From NCBI GenBank assembly GCA_038227875.1, contig JBBRPR010000004.1, forward strand, positions 128,001 to 192,000: DNA of 64,000 nt. Reading direction: 5' to 3'. Under the pieces are notes generated by a model. The model ran no database searches. It had not been told where the DNA came from and saw only the letters and a program-made list of their open reading frames with translations. The position numbers and the translations under genes were made by a program. Positions 9,261-18,196 of the stretch are shown here, one piece after another (positions within the stretch are counted from its first letter, which is position 1; every line of letters starts with the position of its first letter). The stretch is from Planctomycetota bacterium. GTDB taxonomy: Bacteria; Planctomycetota; SZUA-567; H5-PLA8.

Positions 9261-10376
9261 TTCGCGGGCGAGAATCGCAAACGCGATGCTCTCCTTGGCC
9301 TTCAGCGGCAATCCATACTTGTCGGACGTTTCGATCTTCAGGTTCGGGAGTTCGCGGCGCAGCAGGTCCATCAAGACGGGGTTGAGCGCGCCGCCGCCCG
9401 AGACGATCAGTTCGTCCACTTTGCCGCGGGGAATCACGAAATGCTTGAGGCTGTCGGCGATGGTCAGCGCGGTGAATTCCGTCGCGGTGGTGATGATGTC
9501 CCGGGGCATCGCGCCGATCTTGTTGCCGTAGTCGAACATCTTCATCGCATAGTCGATGCCGAATTCCTCGCGCCCGGTGCTCTTGGGCGGCTTACATTTC
9601 AAATAGTTGTGCATCATCATTTCGGCCAGCAGCGGGCGGTGGATCGTGCCTGACGCGGCGATGTCGCCGTCGCGGTCGTAGGAGTCGTTGCCTTTGGTCA
9701 TGTACTGGACCATGGCGTCGATGATCATGTTGCCCGGCCCGCTGTCGTAAGCGAGCGTGTCTTCGGGCTTTCCGGCCGCGGGGAGATAGGTCAGGTTGGA
9801 GATGCCGCCGATGTTCAGCGCGACGCGGTTGATCGTGTCGTGGGAGAACATCAGGTAGTCGACGAACGGCACCAGCGGCGCGCCTTGCCCGCCGGCCGCG
9901 ACATCGCGCGCGCGGAAATTGGAGATCACGCTGATGCCTGTGCGTTCGGCGATCACCGCTGCTTCGCCCAGTTGCAGCGTCGCGCCGAGCTGGTAGATGC
10001 TGCCGCCGGTGCGCGGCGGAATATGGGAGATCGTCTGCCCGTGGCTGCCGATCAGGTCCACATCGGCCGCGGCGACGCCGGCGGAATCAAGCAGTTGCTT
10101 GGTCGATGCGGCGAAGACTTCAGCCAGGAGATAACTGAGCTCGCAGATTTCCGCTGACGTGCCGCCCTTTGGATCGGAGGCGCGCAGAACTCTTTCGCGC
10201 ACGAATTCCGGATACGGTTCGGTGTGTTCGGCGATCAGGTTGACTTTCAACCCGCCGCGCCCCGCGCCGGAGATTTCACACAGCGCCGCATCGACGCCAT
10301 CGGCACTGGTGCCGGACATCAAACCGACGACGCGATGCGTCGTGCGTTCCTGAAATTTCTGCAGCGGCAGATGCAT
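9177..10376 (-). CDS. anmK: Anhydro-N-acetylmuramic acid kinase
   Basis: GLMSGTSADGVD, GSHGQTI, DVAAGGQGAPLVP, NIGGISN, PPKSTGRE, KESIAFA. Confidence 0.96.
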   Translation of the reverse strand: MHLPLQKFQERTTHRVVGLMSGTSADGVDAALCEISGAGRGGLKVNLIAEHTEPYPEFVRERVLRASDPKGGTSAEICELSYLLAEVFAASTKQLLDSAGVAAADVDLIGSHGQTISHIPPRTGGSIYQLGATLQLGEAAVIAERTGISVISNFRARDVAAGGQGAPLVPFVDYLMFSHDTINRVALNIGGISNLTYLPAAGKPEDTLAYDSGPGNMIIDAMVQYMTKGNDSYDRDGDIAASGTIHRPLLAEMMMHNYLKCKPPKSTGREEFGIDYAMKMFDYGNKIGAMPRDIITTATEFTALTIADSLKHFVIPRGKVDELIVSGGGALNPVLMDLLRRELPNLKIETSDKYGLPLKAKESIAFAILARESALGRPSNLPSATGAQGPRVLGQFTPA

Positions 10377-10458
10377 GGTGGATTCTCCGGGCGGCGAGTC
10401 TAGCAGTATGTGCGTTTTGCGGCAATAGAGTGGCTTCGTGGCTCTTGGGAGAGCCGCC

Positions 10459-11769
10459 CTACACCTTCACGTATCGTTTGCCGGGCAACTGTTTGCAGAG
10501 CCGCCGGACTTCCAGCACCAGCAGCGTTGCCAGCACTTCCTGCGGTTTGAGTTTGCTCGCGACGATCAGCTCGTCGACGGCGCGCGCGGTGCTCTGGTCG
10601 AGCAGATCGAAGATCAGGCGTTCGCGCGGGTTGAGTTTCTGGGCGCGGAGATCGGACGTGGTGGGGCGGGTGGGATCCAGTGGCGGCGGCGCGTTTTCGC
10701 GCGATTTTTTCCCGGTCGGCGCTTCGGGTGTGGATGGGATCTCGACCGCGGCGGCCGAATCGTCGAGCAGCGGCATGGCGATCGCGGAAGTTTTACCGGC
10801 GCGCGCCGGCGTGAGGCGCAGGCGCGGATCGGGCGGGTTGATCTTCACCAACGGTTCGGCGACTTCGCGAATTTCCTCGAGGATATCGTCGACATCTTCG
10901 ACCAGTTTCGCGCCGGCCTTGATCAGGCGATGCGGGCCGCGCGCGTTGGGGCTCTCCACGCTGCCGGGGACGGCGAAGACTTCGCGGTCCATGTCGACGG
11001 CGTAGCGCGCGGTGATCAGCGAGCCGGAAGTTTCTGAGCCTTCGACGACGACGGTGCCCAGCGTCATCCCCGCGATGATTCGGTTGCGGCCGGGAAAATG
11101 CTGCGCGGCCGGAGGCGTGTCGAGCGGGAGTTCGCTTAAAATCGCGCCGCGCCGCACGCCCTGCGCGGTGATGCGTTCGTACAGACCCTTGTTCTCCGGC
11201 GGATAAACCGTGCCGATGCCATTGCCGAGCACCGCGATGGTGCGGCCCCGGTCGACGGAAAGCGCGCCGGCATGCGCGGCCGTATCGATGCCGCGCGCCA
11301 GTCCGCTGACGACCGTGAATCCCGCCGCCGCCAGACCTGCTGCGAGCTTTTCCGCCTGCGCCCGGCCGTAGTGCGAACAGTGGCGCGAGCCGACGATGGC
11401 GATGGAGAGCATGTCTTCCGGCAGCATTTCGCCGTCGACATAGAGCACGATCGGTGGATCGTATGTTGAAAGCAGCGGCCGCGGATAAAGGGGCGAATCG
11501 AGCGTGAGGATCTGCACGCCGCGCTGCGCGGCCCGCGCGATTTCCTGCTCGGCCCACGGATCGCGTCGCGCGTCGGCGATGCCATCGACGGTGCGGGCTG
11601 TGACATCCGGAATTTCGCGCAGCCGCTCGGCCGGCGCCGCGAGCGCCGCTTCCGCCGAGCCGAAAACGCGGACCAGTTTGCGGTACGTGACCGGTCCCAC
11701 GAAGCGTGCATGGGCCAGGCGCAGCGTCGCGGCGATGGCGGCGGGTTCAGGTGCGGCGGTTTCGGGCAT
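10459..11769 (-). CDS. dprA: DNA-processing protein DprA/Smf
   Basis: IAIVGSR, VVSGLARGID, FPGRNRIIAG, SGSLITA, VFAVPG, C-terminal winged helix. Confidence 0.96.
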   Translation of the reverse strand: MPETAAPEPAAIAATLRLAHARFVGPVTYRKLVRVFGSAEAALAAPAERLREIPDVTARTVDGIADARRDPWAEQEIARAAQRGVQILTLDSPLYPRPLLSTYDPPIVLYVDGEMLPEDMLSIAIVGSRHCSHYGRAQAEKLAAGLAAAGFTVVSGLARGIDTAAHAGALSVDRGRTIAVLGNGIGTVYPPENKGLYERITAQGVRRGAILSELPLDTPPAAQHFPGRNRIIAGMTLGTVVVEGSETSGSLITARYAVDMDREVFAVPGSVESPNARGPHRLIKAGAKLVEDVDDILEEIREVAEPLVKINPPDPRLRLTPARAGKTSAIAMPLLDDSAAAVEIPSTPEAPTGKKSRENAPPPLDPTRPTTSDLRAQKLNPRERLIFDLLDQSTARAVDELIVASKLKPQEVLATLLVLEVRRLCKQLPGKRYVKV

Positions 11770-11898
11770 GAGACCAAATTATCCCGGCAACGCCGCGCGG
11801 CGAATGAAAAACGGAGCGGCCCGTGAGTACAGACCAGGCGCCTCACACCAAGGTTGCTTTATCCCGCCACGTCCGGCTTTGAAGGCGGGAGACGCACC

Positions 11899-11954
11899 GA
11901 ATTTTAAAATTTATGTATTAATGATTTGACAATGCCTATTTCACGGTCTATTAT
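11899..11954 (+). promoter_or_regulatory. Near-consensus sigma70 promoter with AT-rich UP-like element
   Basis: TTGACA (11926-11931), 17 bp, TATTAT (11949-11954); AT-rich tract upstream in an otherwise GC-rich sequence. Confidence 0.7.
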
Positions 11955-11960
11955 TAAAGC

Positions 11961-12130
11961 GCGCAGTATTCCGCTCTCTGACAACAGCATAGAGTTTCAA
12001 GAGCTGGGATATTCTGGCAGTCGGTTCCACATGAAATCGAGCTCCGTGGAACTCAACTGCCGGCGTCCCAAGGGCTTGCGTACGTCGCCAGGAAAGTACC
12101 ACAGTAGTGTTGTACTGGAAAACACCAAAC
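11961..12130 (+). ncRNA. Candidate small RNA, family unknown, ends approximate
   Basis: Follows the promoter above with no convincing CDS; long hairpin at about 12006-12070 (TGGGAT..GGCAGT..GTTCCAC / GTGGAAC..ACTGCC..GTCCCA). Confidence 0.35.
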
Positions 12131-12142
12131 ACCTAGAAATGC

Positions 12143-12170
12143 GTAACATTATGTAACATTTTGTAACATT
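12143..12170. promoter_or_regulatory. Three GTAACATT direct repeats at 10-bp period, candidate regulator site
   Basis: GTAACATT at 12143, 12153 and 12163. Confidence 0.45.
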
Positions 12171-12289
12171 TGCCTATGAAAGAGTTGTGGTACTCACCCC
12201 GTGCAATTCAGGTCAAATGTTACACGACCCGAACTTCGCAGGACATTGTTCAGCAACGTTTGGGTAGCAAACTTGTCGAACTGCGCCAA

Positions 12290-14170
12290 CTACTGATGCG
12301 CGACTTTGTCCAACTCCGCCGCCAGATCCGCGCGCAGCTGGTACCAGACATTGACGTCGGAGCTCCACGCCGGACCGGCTTTTCCCTTCGGCGCGGCGGT
12401 GTTGGCGCGACCGGTCTGTTCAGCTTTCTGGGATTCGTCCCCGGCATTCACGGTGAGGCCGGAATTTCCCAGCGCTTCGGTCAGCGCGACGGGAATCACC
12501 TTCTTGACCAGCGCATCGGCGATGGCTTCCTTGCCCTGCTGCTTGAGCAGCCAGCCATATTCGTAATCCTGCAGTCCGCGGCGGTACGCTTTCATGCGCA
12601 GGCTGGCGAGCGGGCCGTCGATGGCGGGAAGACCGACGTCCGGCAGGCGCGCGCCGGGATAAAAGAGCACTCCATTGCCCCAGCGCGTGTCGTCGGGCTT
12701 GTAGCACGGACGCGTCAGTGGCGTCTTCGCGTCGCAGAAATCCATCGCCCACCAGAACGAACCGTTGACCTTGTAGCGCCAGCAGATCGTTCCCCATGTC
12801 CGCAGTTCGACGCCCGATGCGTTGACGCCGTGGACGCCGATGCAGGGGTGTCCGGAGTGATAAAACCAAACCGTCTCGCCCTCTTTTTCGCGCGGGACGA
12901 GAAATCCGGGATTGCAGGCGCTGCCATTGGGGCACCACCAGCGGTTGATGCCGCGCGGATCGGTGGCGGGGCTGGCGGCGAGCGTCGCGGGATCGGTGTG
13001 CGAGGTCCAGATCAAATTGATCTTGCCTTTGCCTGCGCCCGCATCGAGCGCGTCCTGGAGCTTCCTGGTATTCGTGCGCGATTGCGCGTCGCTGCCGGCT
13101 TCGTCAATGATGTAGGCGAGGATGCGCTTGTGGTCCCATTTCTTCGCAACGAGATGGTCCCAGAACGCTTTGGCGCCGTCGGTATACGTCTTCAATTTTG
13201 CATCGTCGAAGTCGGGGACCTTTCCGTCGTAAGCCTGAGCGAACGGCGCGCCCCAGAAATTCACGCCGGTGTTGGCACCGGGTCCGGTGTAACCCTGTTC
13301 CTTGGAGAACAGCGAGCCGTCGAGAATCTGACCGTAGGTCTTGTCGTAGAAGTCGAGTTGCTCCAGATTCGGCCCGCGGCCCATTCGATCGAAAATGACG
13401 AAGCGGTGCTGGTGCGCCATCTGGTGGTAGCGCTTCGCCACGGCCCACCATTTATCCGGATCCTTCTTGAACGACACGCCGTGGAAGTCGTAGCAGTTGC
13501 CGTAGAATTCGCCGTAGCCGTCGACGTGAGTTTCATCCGGCAGCGTAAACGCGTGCACGTTCAGTTCGAGCGTCGCGGAATATTTCACGTCTTTGTTGAC
13601 GGTGATCTTGATCGGCGCTTCGTAATTTCCTGGCTTTGCGTCTTTGGGGACGTAGAGGTCGAGCCACACGCCCTGGTTCGGCCCATTGGCGATCTTGATG
13701 TCGAAGGGCGCGCCGACGGGTTTGTGCGCGGGATCATACGGATCGTTGAACGGCGCGAGGACGTCGGGGTACCACTTCTTGTCCGGCAGCATCGTGCTCG
13801 CCGGACCCCACGACCAATCGCCGTGCGCGACGAACTGGTAGAGTTCCTGGCTGAGCTGAATATTCTGCGCGGCGGAGATGACGCCGGGGCCTTTCAGGTC
13901 GCCGATCTCCACGTTGACGGCGCTGACGTCGGCCTTGGCGCTGAGCATGATTTGCGCCGCGACGGTTTCGTTGCGGCCAGCGTGCAGCTTCAGGCACCTG
14001 GTTTTCGCGTCCCAGAAATGGGGCGACTCCGGAACTGCGCCGTCCTTGGTGATCTTCTCGCAGTCGCCGAGCCCCGCGACGGAAAACGGCGCGTCGGCAT
14101 CGGCGCCGTGCGCGCCCAGCGCCGCGAGAACAACGCTCAAGATTGCGTGGATTATGGAGGTGGATTTCAT
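12290..14170 (-). CDS. Secreted DUF4091 / GH123-like glycoside hydrolase-domain protein
   Basis: Signal peptide MKSTSIIHAILSVVLAALGAHG; AGRNETVAAQI, QGVWLDLYVP, YIIDEA, GNGVLFYPG, SLRMKAYRRGLQDYEY. Confidence 0.7.
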   Translation of the reverse strand: MKSTSIIHAILSVVLAALGAHGADADAPFSVAGLGDCEKITKDGAVPESPHFWDAKTRCLKLHAGRNETVAAQIMLSAKADVSAVNVEIGDLKGPGVISAAQNIQLSQELYQFVAHGDWSWGPASTMLPDKKWYPDVLAPFNDPYDPAHKPVGAPFDIKIANGPNQGVWLDLYVPKDAKPGNYEAPIKITVNKDVKYSATLELNVHAFTLPDETHVDGYGEFYGNCYDFHGVSFKKDPDKWWAVAKRYHQMAHQHRFVIFDRMGRGPNLEQLDFYDKTYGQILDGSLFSKEQGYTGPGANTGVNFWGAPFAQAYDGKVPDFDDAKLKTYTDGAKAFWDHLVAKKWDHKRILAYIIDEAGSDAQSRTNTRKLQDALDAGAGKGKINLIWTSHTDPATLAASPATDPRGINRWWCPNGSACNPGFLVPREKEGETVWFYHSGHPCIGVHGVNASGVELRTWGTICWRYKVNGSFWWAMDFCDAKTPLTRPCYKPDDTRWGNGVLFYPGARLPDVGLPAIDGPLASLRMKAYRRGLQDYEYGWLLKQQGKEAIADALVKKVIPVALTEALGNSGLTVNAGDESQKAEQTGRANTAAPKGKAGPAWSSDVNVWYQLRADLAAELDKVAHQ

Positions 14171-14214
14171 AGGAGCTCCTGAATCAGCGAAATTCATTTT
14201 AGCGGGTCGACGCG

Positions 14215-16941
14215 TCAGGGTTGCACGGAAATCACGTAGTCCTGTGAGTTTTGTACGGTGGAACTCGTCCGCTCTCCGTCCGCGCCAATGATGCTGACTT
14301 TGGCTTTGGACTGAACGGTGAACGTGAACGTCCCCGCCGCGGTCGCCTTGCCGCCCACGTAGAGGCCACTGATCCGCGCGCCTTTGGGCAGCGAAGTCGC
14401 CGTGGAGTGGACGCCGCGCGTCGGAAAATCCGCGGGGAACGTCAGCTTCGTTTTGAAGCGCTGGTTGAGTTTCACCGTGCCGAGATCGATCGCGCCGGCC
14501 GGAACGCTCGCGGCGGCCGTCGCCGTTGGAGTGAGCGCAGGCGAGGCTGCGATGGAGACGACTCCGGAAGTCGTGATCGACGCGCGGGTCGCTGCGTTTT
14601 GATCGGACGCGTAGGTGTAGCCGCTCAACGAGACCCCGGTGACGGTGAAGGTGAATGTGCCGGCGGCAGTGGACTTGGCGGAGGTAAATTTAATCGTGCC
14701 GGCCGTCGTGGTTTTGGTCGAAACCGTTGCGGTCGTCAGGCCGCTCCACGTACCTGTGACATTAGCTCCGCTGATTAGCGTGCCACTGCCATCCACAATC
14801 GTGATCGTGGCGCTGGCCGATTTGGAACGCGTACCGGCGAGTTTCATGGCGATGTTGGAAACGTGGAGCGATTTTCCGGGAGACGTAGCCGGGTTAATGA
14901 CGAGGCTCAACGTTGCCGAGCCCGTGCCGCCGGCGTTGGTGGCACTGAGCGACACGCTCGACGTTCCCGCCGTGGTTGGCGTGCCGGAGATCACGCCGCT
15001 GGCCGTGTTTACCGAGAGACCGGTGGGCAGGCCGGTGGCGTTGAAGCTGGTGGGCGAGTTGCTTGCTGAAATCACATAGGTAAACGCGCTGCCCACGGTG
15101 CCGCTGGCGGAGGTCGCGCTGGAAATCGCGGGCGCCTGCGGTGGCGCGGCGTTGATGGTGAGCGCCAGTGTCGCCGAACCGGTGCCGCCATGTCCATCCG
15201 TGACGGTGACGCTGGCCGTAAAATTTCCAGCAGCCGCGTACGCATGCGTCGCGGATGCGCCGGAGGCAGTCGCGCCGTCGCCGAAATTCCAGACGTAGGT
15301 GAGCGTGTCGCTATTGGCGTCGCTGGCGGCAGTGGTGAAATTGACCGACTGTCCCAGCATGGCCGGGTTGGGAGAGGCAAACGGCGCAGAAGTGATCACC
15401 GGTGGCACGTTGGCTGCGCTGATCGTCAGCGTCAGCGTGGCGGTTCCGGTTCCACCGGAATTCTTCGCGCTGATCGTGACGGTGGATGTTCCGGCGGAGG
15501 TCGGCGTGCCGGAGATGACGCCGGTGCCGGTGTTCACAGAAAGTCCCGCAGGCAGGCCGGTGGCGTTGAAGCTGGTGGGCGAGTTGCTGGCGGTGATCGT
15601 GTAGCTGAACGCCGATCCGGTGGTGCCGCCGGCGCTCGTGGGGCTGGTGATCACCGGCGCGGGAACGACGGCGCTTTGGAATTCGTACGGCCCGATGTCG
15701 AAGCCGATGCCGGACGGACGCGGGTTGTTGTCGGCGTCTTTCGTCACGCCGGAGACTGTCACGCCGGCGTCGATGCAGGGACTGGTGTTCTTGAGGTGGA
15801 AGTCCGTGGCGCTCACAAATTGCGGATCGAACGACTTGGCCTGCGCGGCGGCCGTGGAGCTCAACGCGCCGTTGCTGCTGCAGCTGAAGATCACATTGGA
15901 CGGGTCAAACGTCAGGCCTGACGTATCAGAGTCGGCAGAGATGGCGTAGTGCTCTTTGTAGAAGATGGTGTTCTTGATCGTCACGCTGGATCCGCTGCAG
16001 AGAATAATTCCTGCGTACGAAGTGTTTCCGGAGACCAGACAATTGGAGACAATCGAATTCGCGCCGCCGACGTTGATTCCGCCGCCGCCGGCGGTCTCTT
16101 CGGTATTGTTATAGGAGAGGCAATTGTAGAGGCGGACCTGGCCGTAGACGGGCGGGTTGCCGGTGTGGCCCCAGGCCTTCATGCCGACGCCCCAGTTCGG
16201 ACCGCCGTTGCGGTCGTTGTCGTGAGCGATGCAGCCGTCCATGTAGACGGGCGCGTCAAGATCGAATCCGTCGGAGAGATTGTCGTAGGCCTGACAATGC
16301 AGCAGCGTGATGTTGGCTTTGGTGCCTTGATGACCGATGCCGATGCCGTCGGTGCCGCCCAGGCAATTGTTCGCGTAGAATTTGCAATTTACGAGCGTGA
16401 TATTGGTGAGCACGTCGGTCGTGGAGTTGCATCCGAAGTCCGCGCCGCCGGCGTCGTTAAAATAAAAGTTGCTGTTCTCGATATCGATGTCGTCGATGGC
16501 TGCATCGAAATTCACCGTCAGGCCGTTCGATCCGGAGACCGTCGACGTGTTCGACGATCCCGCGTGAAAATTGCAATTGTAGACTTTGATGTGCGCCGTG
16601 CGCATGTTCAGGCCTTCGAGGAAATTCGTGCACTCAAAACCATTAACCACGATGTAACTGGCCGCGATGCGCAGCGCCTTACCCGCGCCGCCGGCGTTAA
16701 TCGTGACGGCTCCGTTGGCCATCAGCGTGATGTACGCGCTGCTGGTGCCAGGCTTGTTGATCTGCACGTTTTCGTTGTAGGTGCCAGCGTTGACGTGGAC
16801 AGTATCGCCGGGATTGGCGGCGGCCATCGCATTGGTGATGGAGCTTCCCGGGCTGACGTAAAAATCAGCGGCGATGAGCGGCGTGCTCAGAACGCAGAGT
16901 GCCGTCGCGCAGAACACGGAGAGAGCGGTGCGGTTTGCCAT
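14215..16941 (-). CDS. Secreted right-handed beta-helix (pectate lyase-like) protein with two putative Ig domains and a PKD domain
   Basis: Signal peptide; ANPGDTVHVNAGTY; SDGFD; DFHL..SPCIDAG...DIGPYE; two SNSPTSFNATGLP.GLSVNT..GVISGTPT repeats; YVWNFGDG PKD motif. Confidence 0.8.
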   Translation of the reverse strand: MANRTALSVFCATALCVLSTPLIAADFYVSPGSSITNAMAAANPGDTVHVNAGTYNENVQINKPGTSSAYITLMANGAVTINAGGAGKALRIAASYIVVNGFECTNFLEGLNMRTAHIKVYNCNFHAGSSNTSTVSGSNGLTVNFDAAIDDIDIENSNFYFNDAGGADFGCNSTTDVLTNITLVNCKFYANNCLGGTDGIGIGHQGTKANITLLHCQAYDNLSDGFDLDAPVYMDGCIAHDNDRNGGPNWGVGMKAWGHTGNPPVYGQVRLYNCLSYNNTEETAGGGGINVGGANSIVSNCLVSGNTSYAGIILCSGSSVTIKNTIFYKEHYAISADSDTSGLTFDPSNVIFSCSSNGALSSTAAAQAKSFDPQFVSATDFHLKNTSPCIDAGVTVSGVTKDADNNPRPSGIGFDIGPYEFQSAVVPAPVITSPTSAGGTTGSAFSYTITASNSPTSFNATGLPAGLSVNTGTGVISGTPTSAGTSTVTISAKNSGGTGTATLTLTISAANVPPVITSAPFASPNPAMLGQSVNFTTAASDANSDTLTYVWNFGDGATASGASATHAYAAAGNFTASVTVTDGHGGTGSATLALTINAAPPQAPAISSATSASGTVGSAFTYVISASNSPTSFNATGLPTGLSVNTASGVISGTPTTAGTSSVSLSATNAGGTGSATLSLVINPATSPGKSLHVSNIAMKLAGTRSKSASATITIVDGSGTLISGANVTGTWSGLTTATVSTKTTTAGTIKFTSAKSTAAGTFTFTVTGVSLSGYTYASDQNAATRASITTSGVVSIAASPALTPTATAAASVPAGAIDLGTVKLNQRFKTKLTFPADFPTRGVHSTATSLPKGARISGLYVGGKATAAGTFTFTVQSKAKVSIIGADGERTSSTVQNSQDYVISVQP

Positions 16942-16977
16942 GGTCCATTTTCCTCGAGAACGCCCGCGAAGGCAATT

Positions 16978-17005
16978 ATGGATAGTCCATCAATGGACTA
17001 ACCAT
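16978..17005. promoter_or_regulatory. Tandem candidate operators ATGGATAGTCCAT and ATGGACTAACCAT
   Basis: Two variants of the 13-bp dyad ATGGACNGTCCAT upstream of the beta-helix gene; a perfect copy lies at 18171-18183. Confidence 0.6.
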
Positions 17006-17093
17006 AATACACTGTTTTTGCACGGGTGAAGAGGTTTCTGAACTAAATCTCGTGCACGTGTGCAGTTGAAATTGGGTTGAACGGGCGTGGATT

Positions 17094-18146
17094 TCAGACA
17101 GGGTCTATCGCGGCGATGACTTCGGACGACAGCACTTTGTGAATCGGCGTGGCATTCGGTTTTTCCAGCCGTTGCAAAACCAGATCGGCCGCCGCTTCAG
17201 CCACTTTCCGCCAGGGCGCGACGCAGAACGCGACCAAACCCTTGACCGTATTTTCGCGCGGTTGGTCTGCGAAGCAAATGGTCTCAAAGGTACGCCCACG
17301 TTTCGGCGTCATTCCGCGCGATGCTTCCAATGCGCCAAGCGCTTGTTTTTCGGAAAAACAGAGCAGGGCCGTGGGCGGTGACGACAGTTCGAACAACCGC
17401 TGCGTTACAAGCTTACTGCTGATTGGTTCGGCCCAGCTCAGGCACTGATAGTCCGGATTGACTTCCAGTTTCAGTTTGCGCAGCGCCGCGAGATAACCGT
17501 CGCGGCGGAGTTTCGAATTCGGCCATTCGTCCTGTTCGGTCTTTCTAAAACAGCCGAGATACCCGATGCGCCGGTGCCCTTTTTCATAGAGGAATTCGAC
17601 CGCTTTCTGCGCGCCGGCGACGTTGTCGATCTCCACGCCGTCGACGCCGTCGACGAACGAACCGAAATCGACGGTCACTCTGGGAGAATGCATCGCCGTA
17701 CCGTTGAGCGCCTCCGCACCAACCGGCCCGACCACCACAATCGCGCGCGGTTGCGTCATGTCGTCCTGGATCGAACTGGTGAAGATCAGCCCGATGCCCT
17801 TGGCAGCGAGGCGGGATTCGAGCACCGACAGAACCAACGCGTAGCCGGGAAAAATCGAGAGCGGGTCATTGAGATAAAACAAAAATTTGACCAGCCCGCG
17901 CGACTTCACCTTCTCCGTGACAAAGGTGCCGCCCGGCGGACGCTTTTCGATCAGCCCTTCGGCTTCGAGTTCCGAAAGCGCCTTGGAGATGGTGACGCGG
18001 CTGAGCTTGAATTCCTCCGAGAGCACCCGCTCCGTCGCCAGTTGCGACCCCGCCGGCCAACGGACCTGCTTCAACAGAATATCTTTGATCACCGCCTTGA
18101 ACTGCTTGTAGACAGGATCGCGCACGATCTTTGAGGAGGAATCCAT
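17094..18146 (-). CDS. Transcriptional regulator, GntR winged HTH fused to a LacI-type sugar-binding domain (AraR-like)
   Basis: PVYKQFK...GSQLATERVLSEEFKLSRVTISKALSELEAEGLI...GTFV; IDNVAGA..AVEFLYEKGHRRIGY. Start moved to ATG 18146. Confidence 0.88.
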   Translation of the reverse strand: MDSSSKIVRDPVYKQFKAVIKDILLKQVRWPAGSQLATERVLSEEFKLSRVTISKALSELEAEGLIEKRPPGGTFVTEKVKSRGLVKFLFYLNDPLSIFPGYALVLSVLESRLAAKGIGLIFTSSIQDDMTQPRAIVVVGPVGAEALNGTAMHSPRVTVDFGSFVDGVDGVEIDNVAGAQKAVEFLYEKGHRRIGYLGCFRKTEQDEWPNSKLRRDGYLAALRKLKLEVNPDYQCLSWAEPISSKLVTQRLFELSSPPTALLCFSEKQALGALEASRGMTPKRGRTFETICFADQPRENTVKGLVAFCVAPWRKVAEAAADLVLQRLEKPNATPIHKVLSSEVIAAIDPV

Positions 18147-18154
18147 GAGCGCGA

Positions 18155-18183
18155 AGTATAGCGTGGGTAAATGGACTGTCCAT
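18155..18183 (-). promoter_or_regulatory. Regulator promoter with an overlapping dyad operator
   Basis: Minus-strand TATACT (-10-like, 18155-18160); perfect dyad ATGGACTGTCCAT (18171-18183) over the -35 position. Confidence 0.55.
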
Positions 18184-18196
18184 ATTGGTGTAACAA

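Noticed and set aside
12170..14182. 670-aa plus-strand ORF
   Set aside because: Antisense shadow of the DUF4091-like gene; such shadows are common in GC-rich DNA and it has no motifs.
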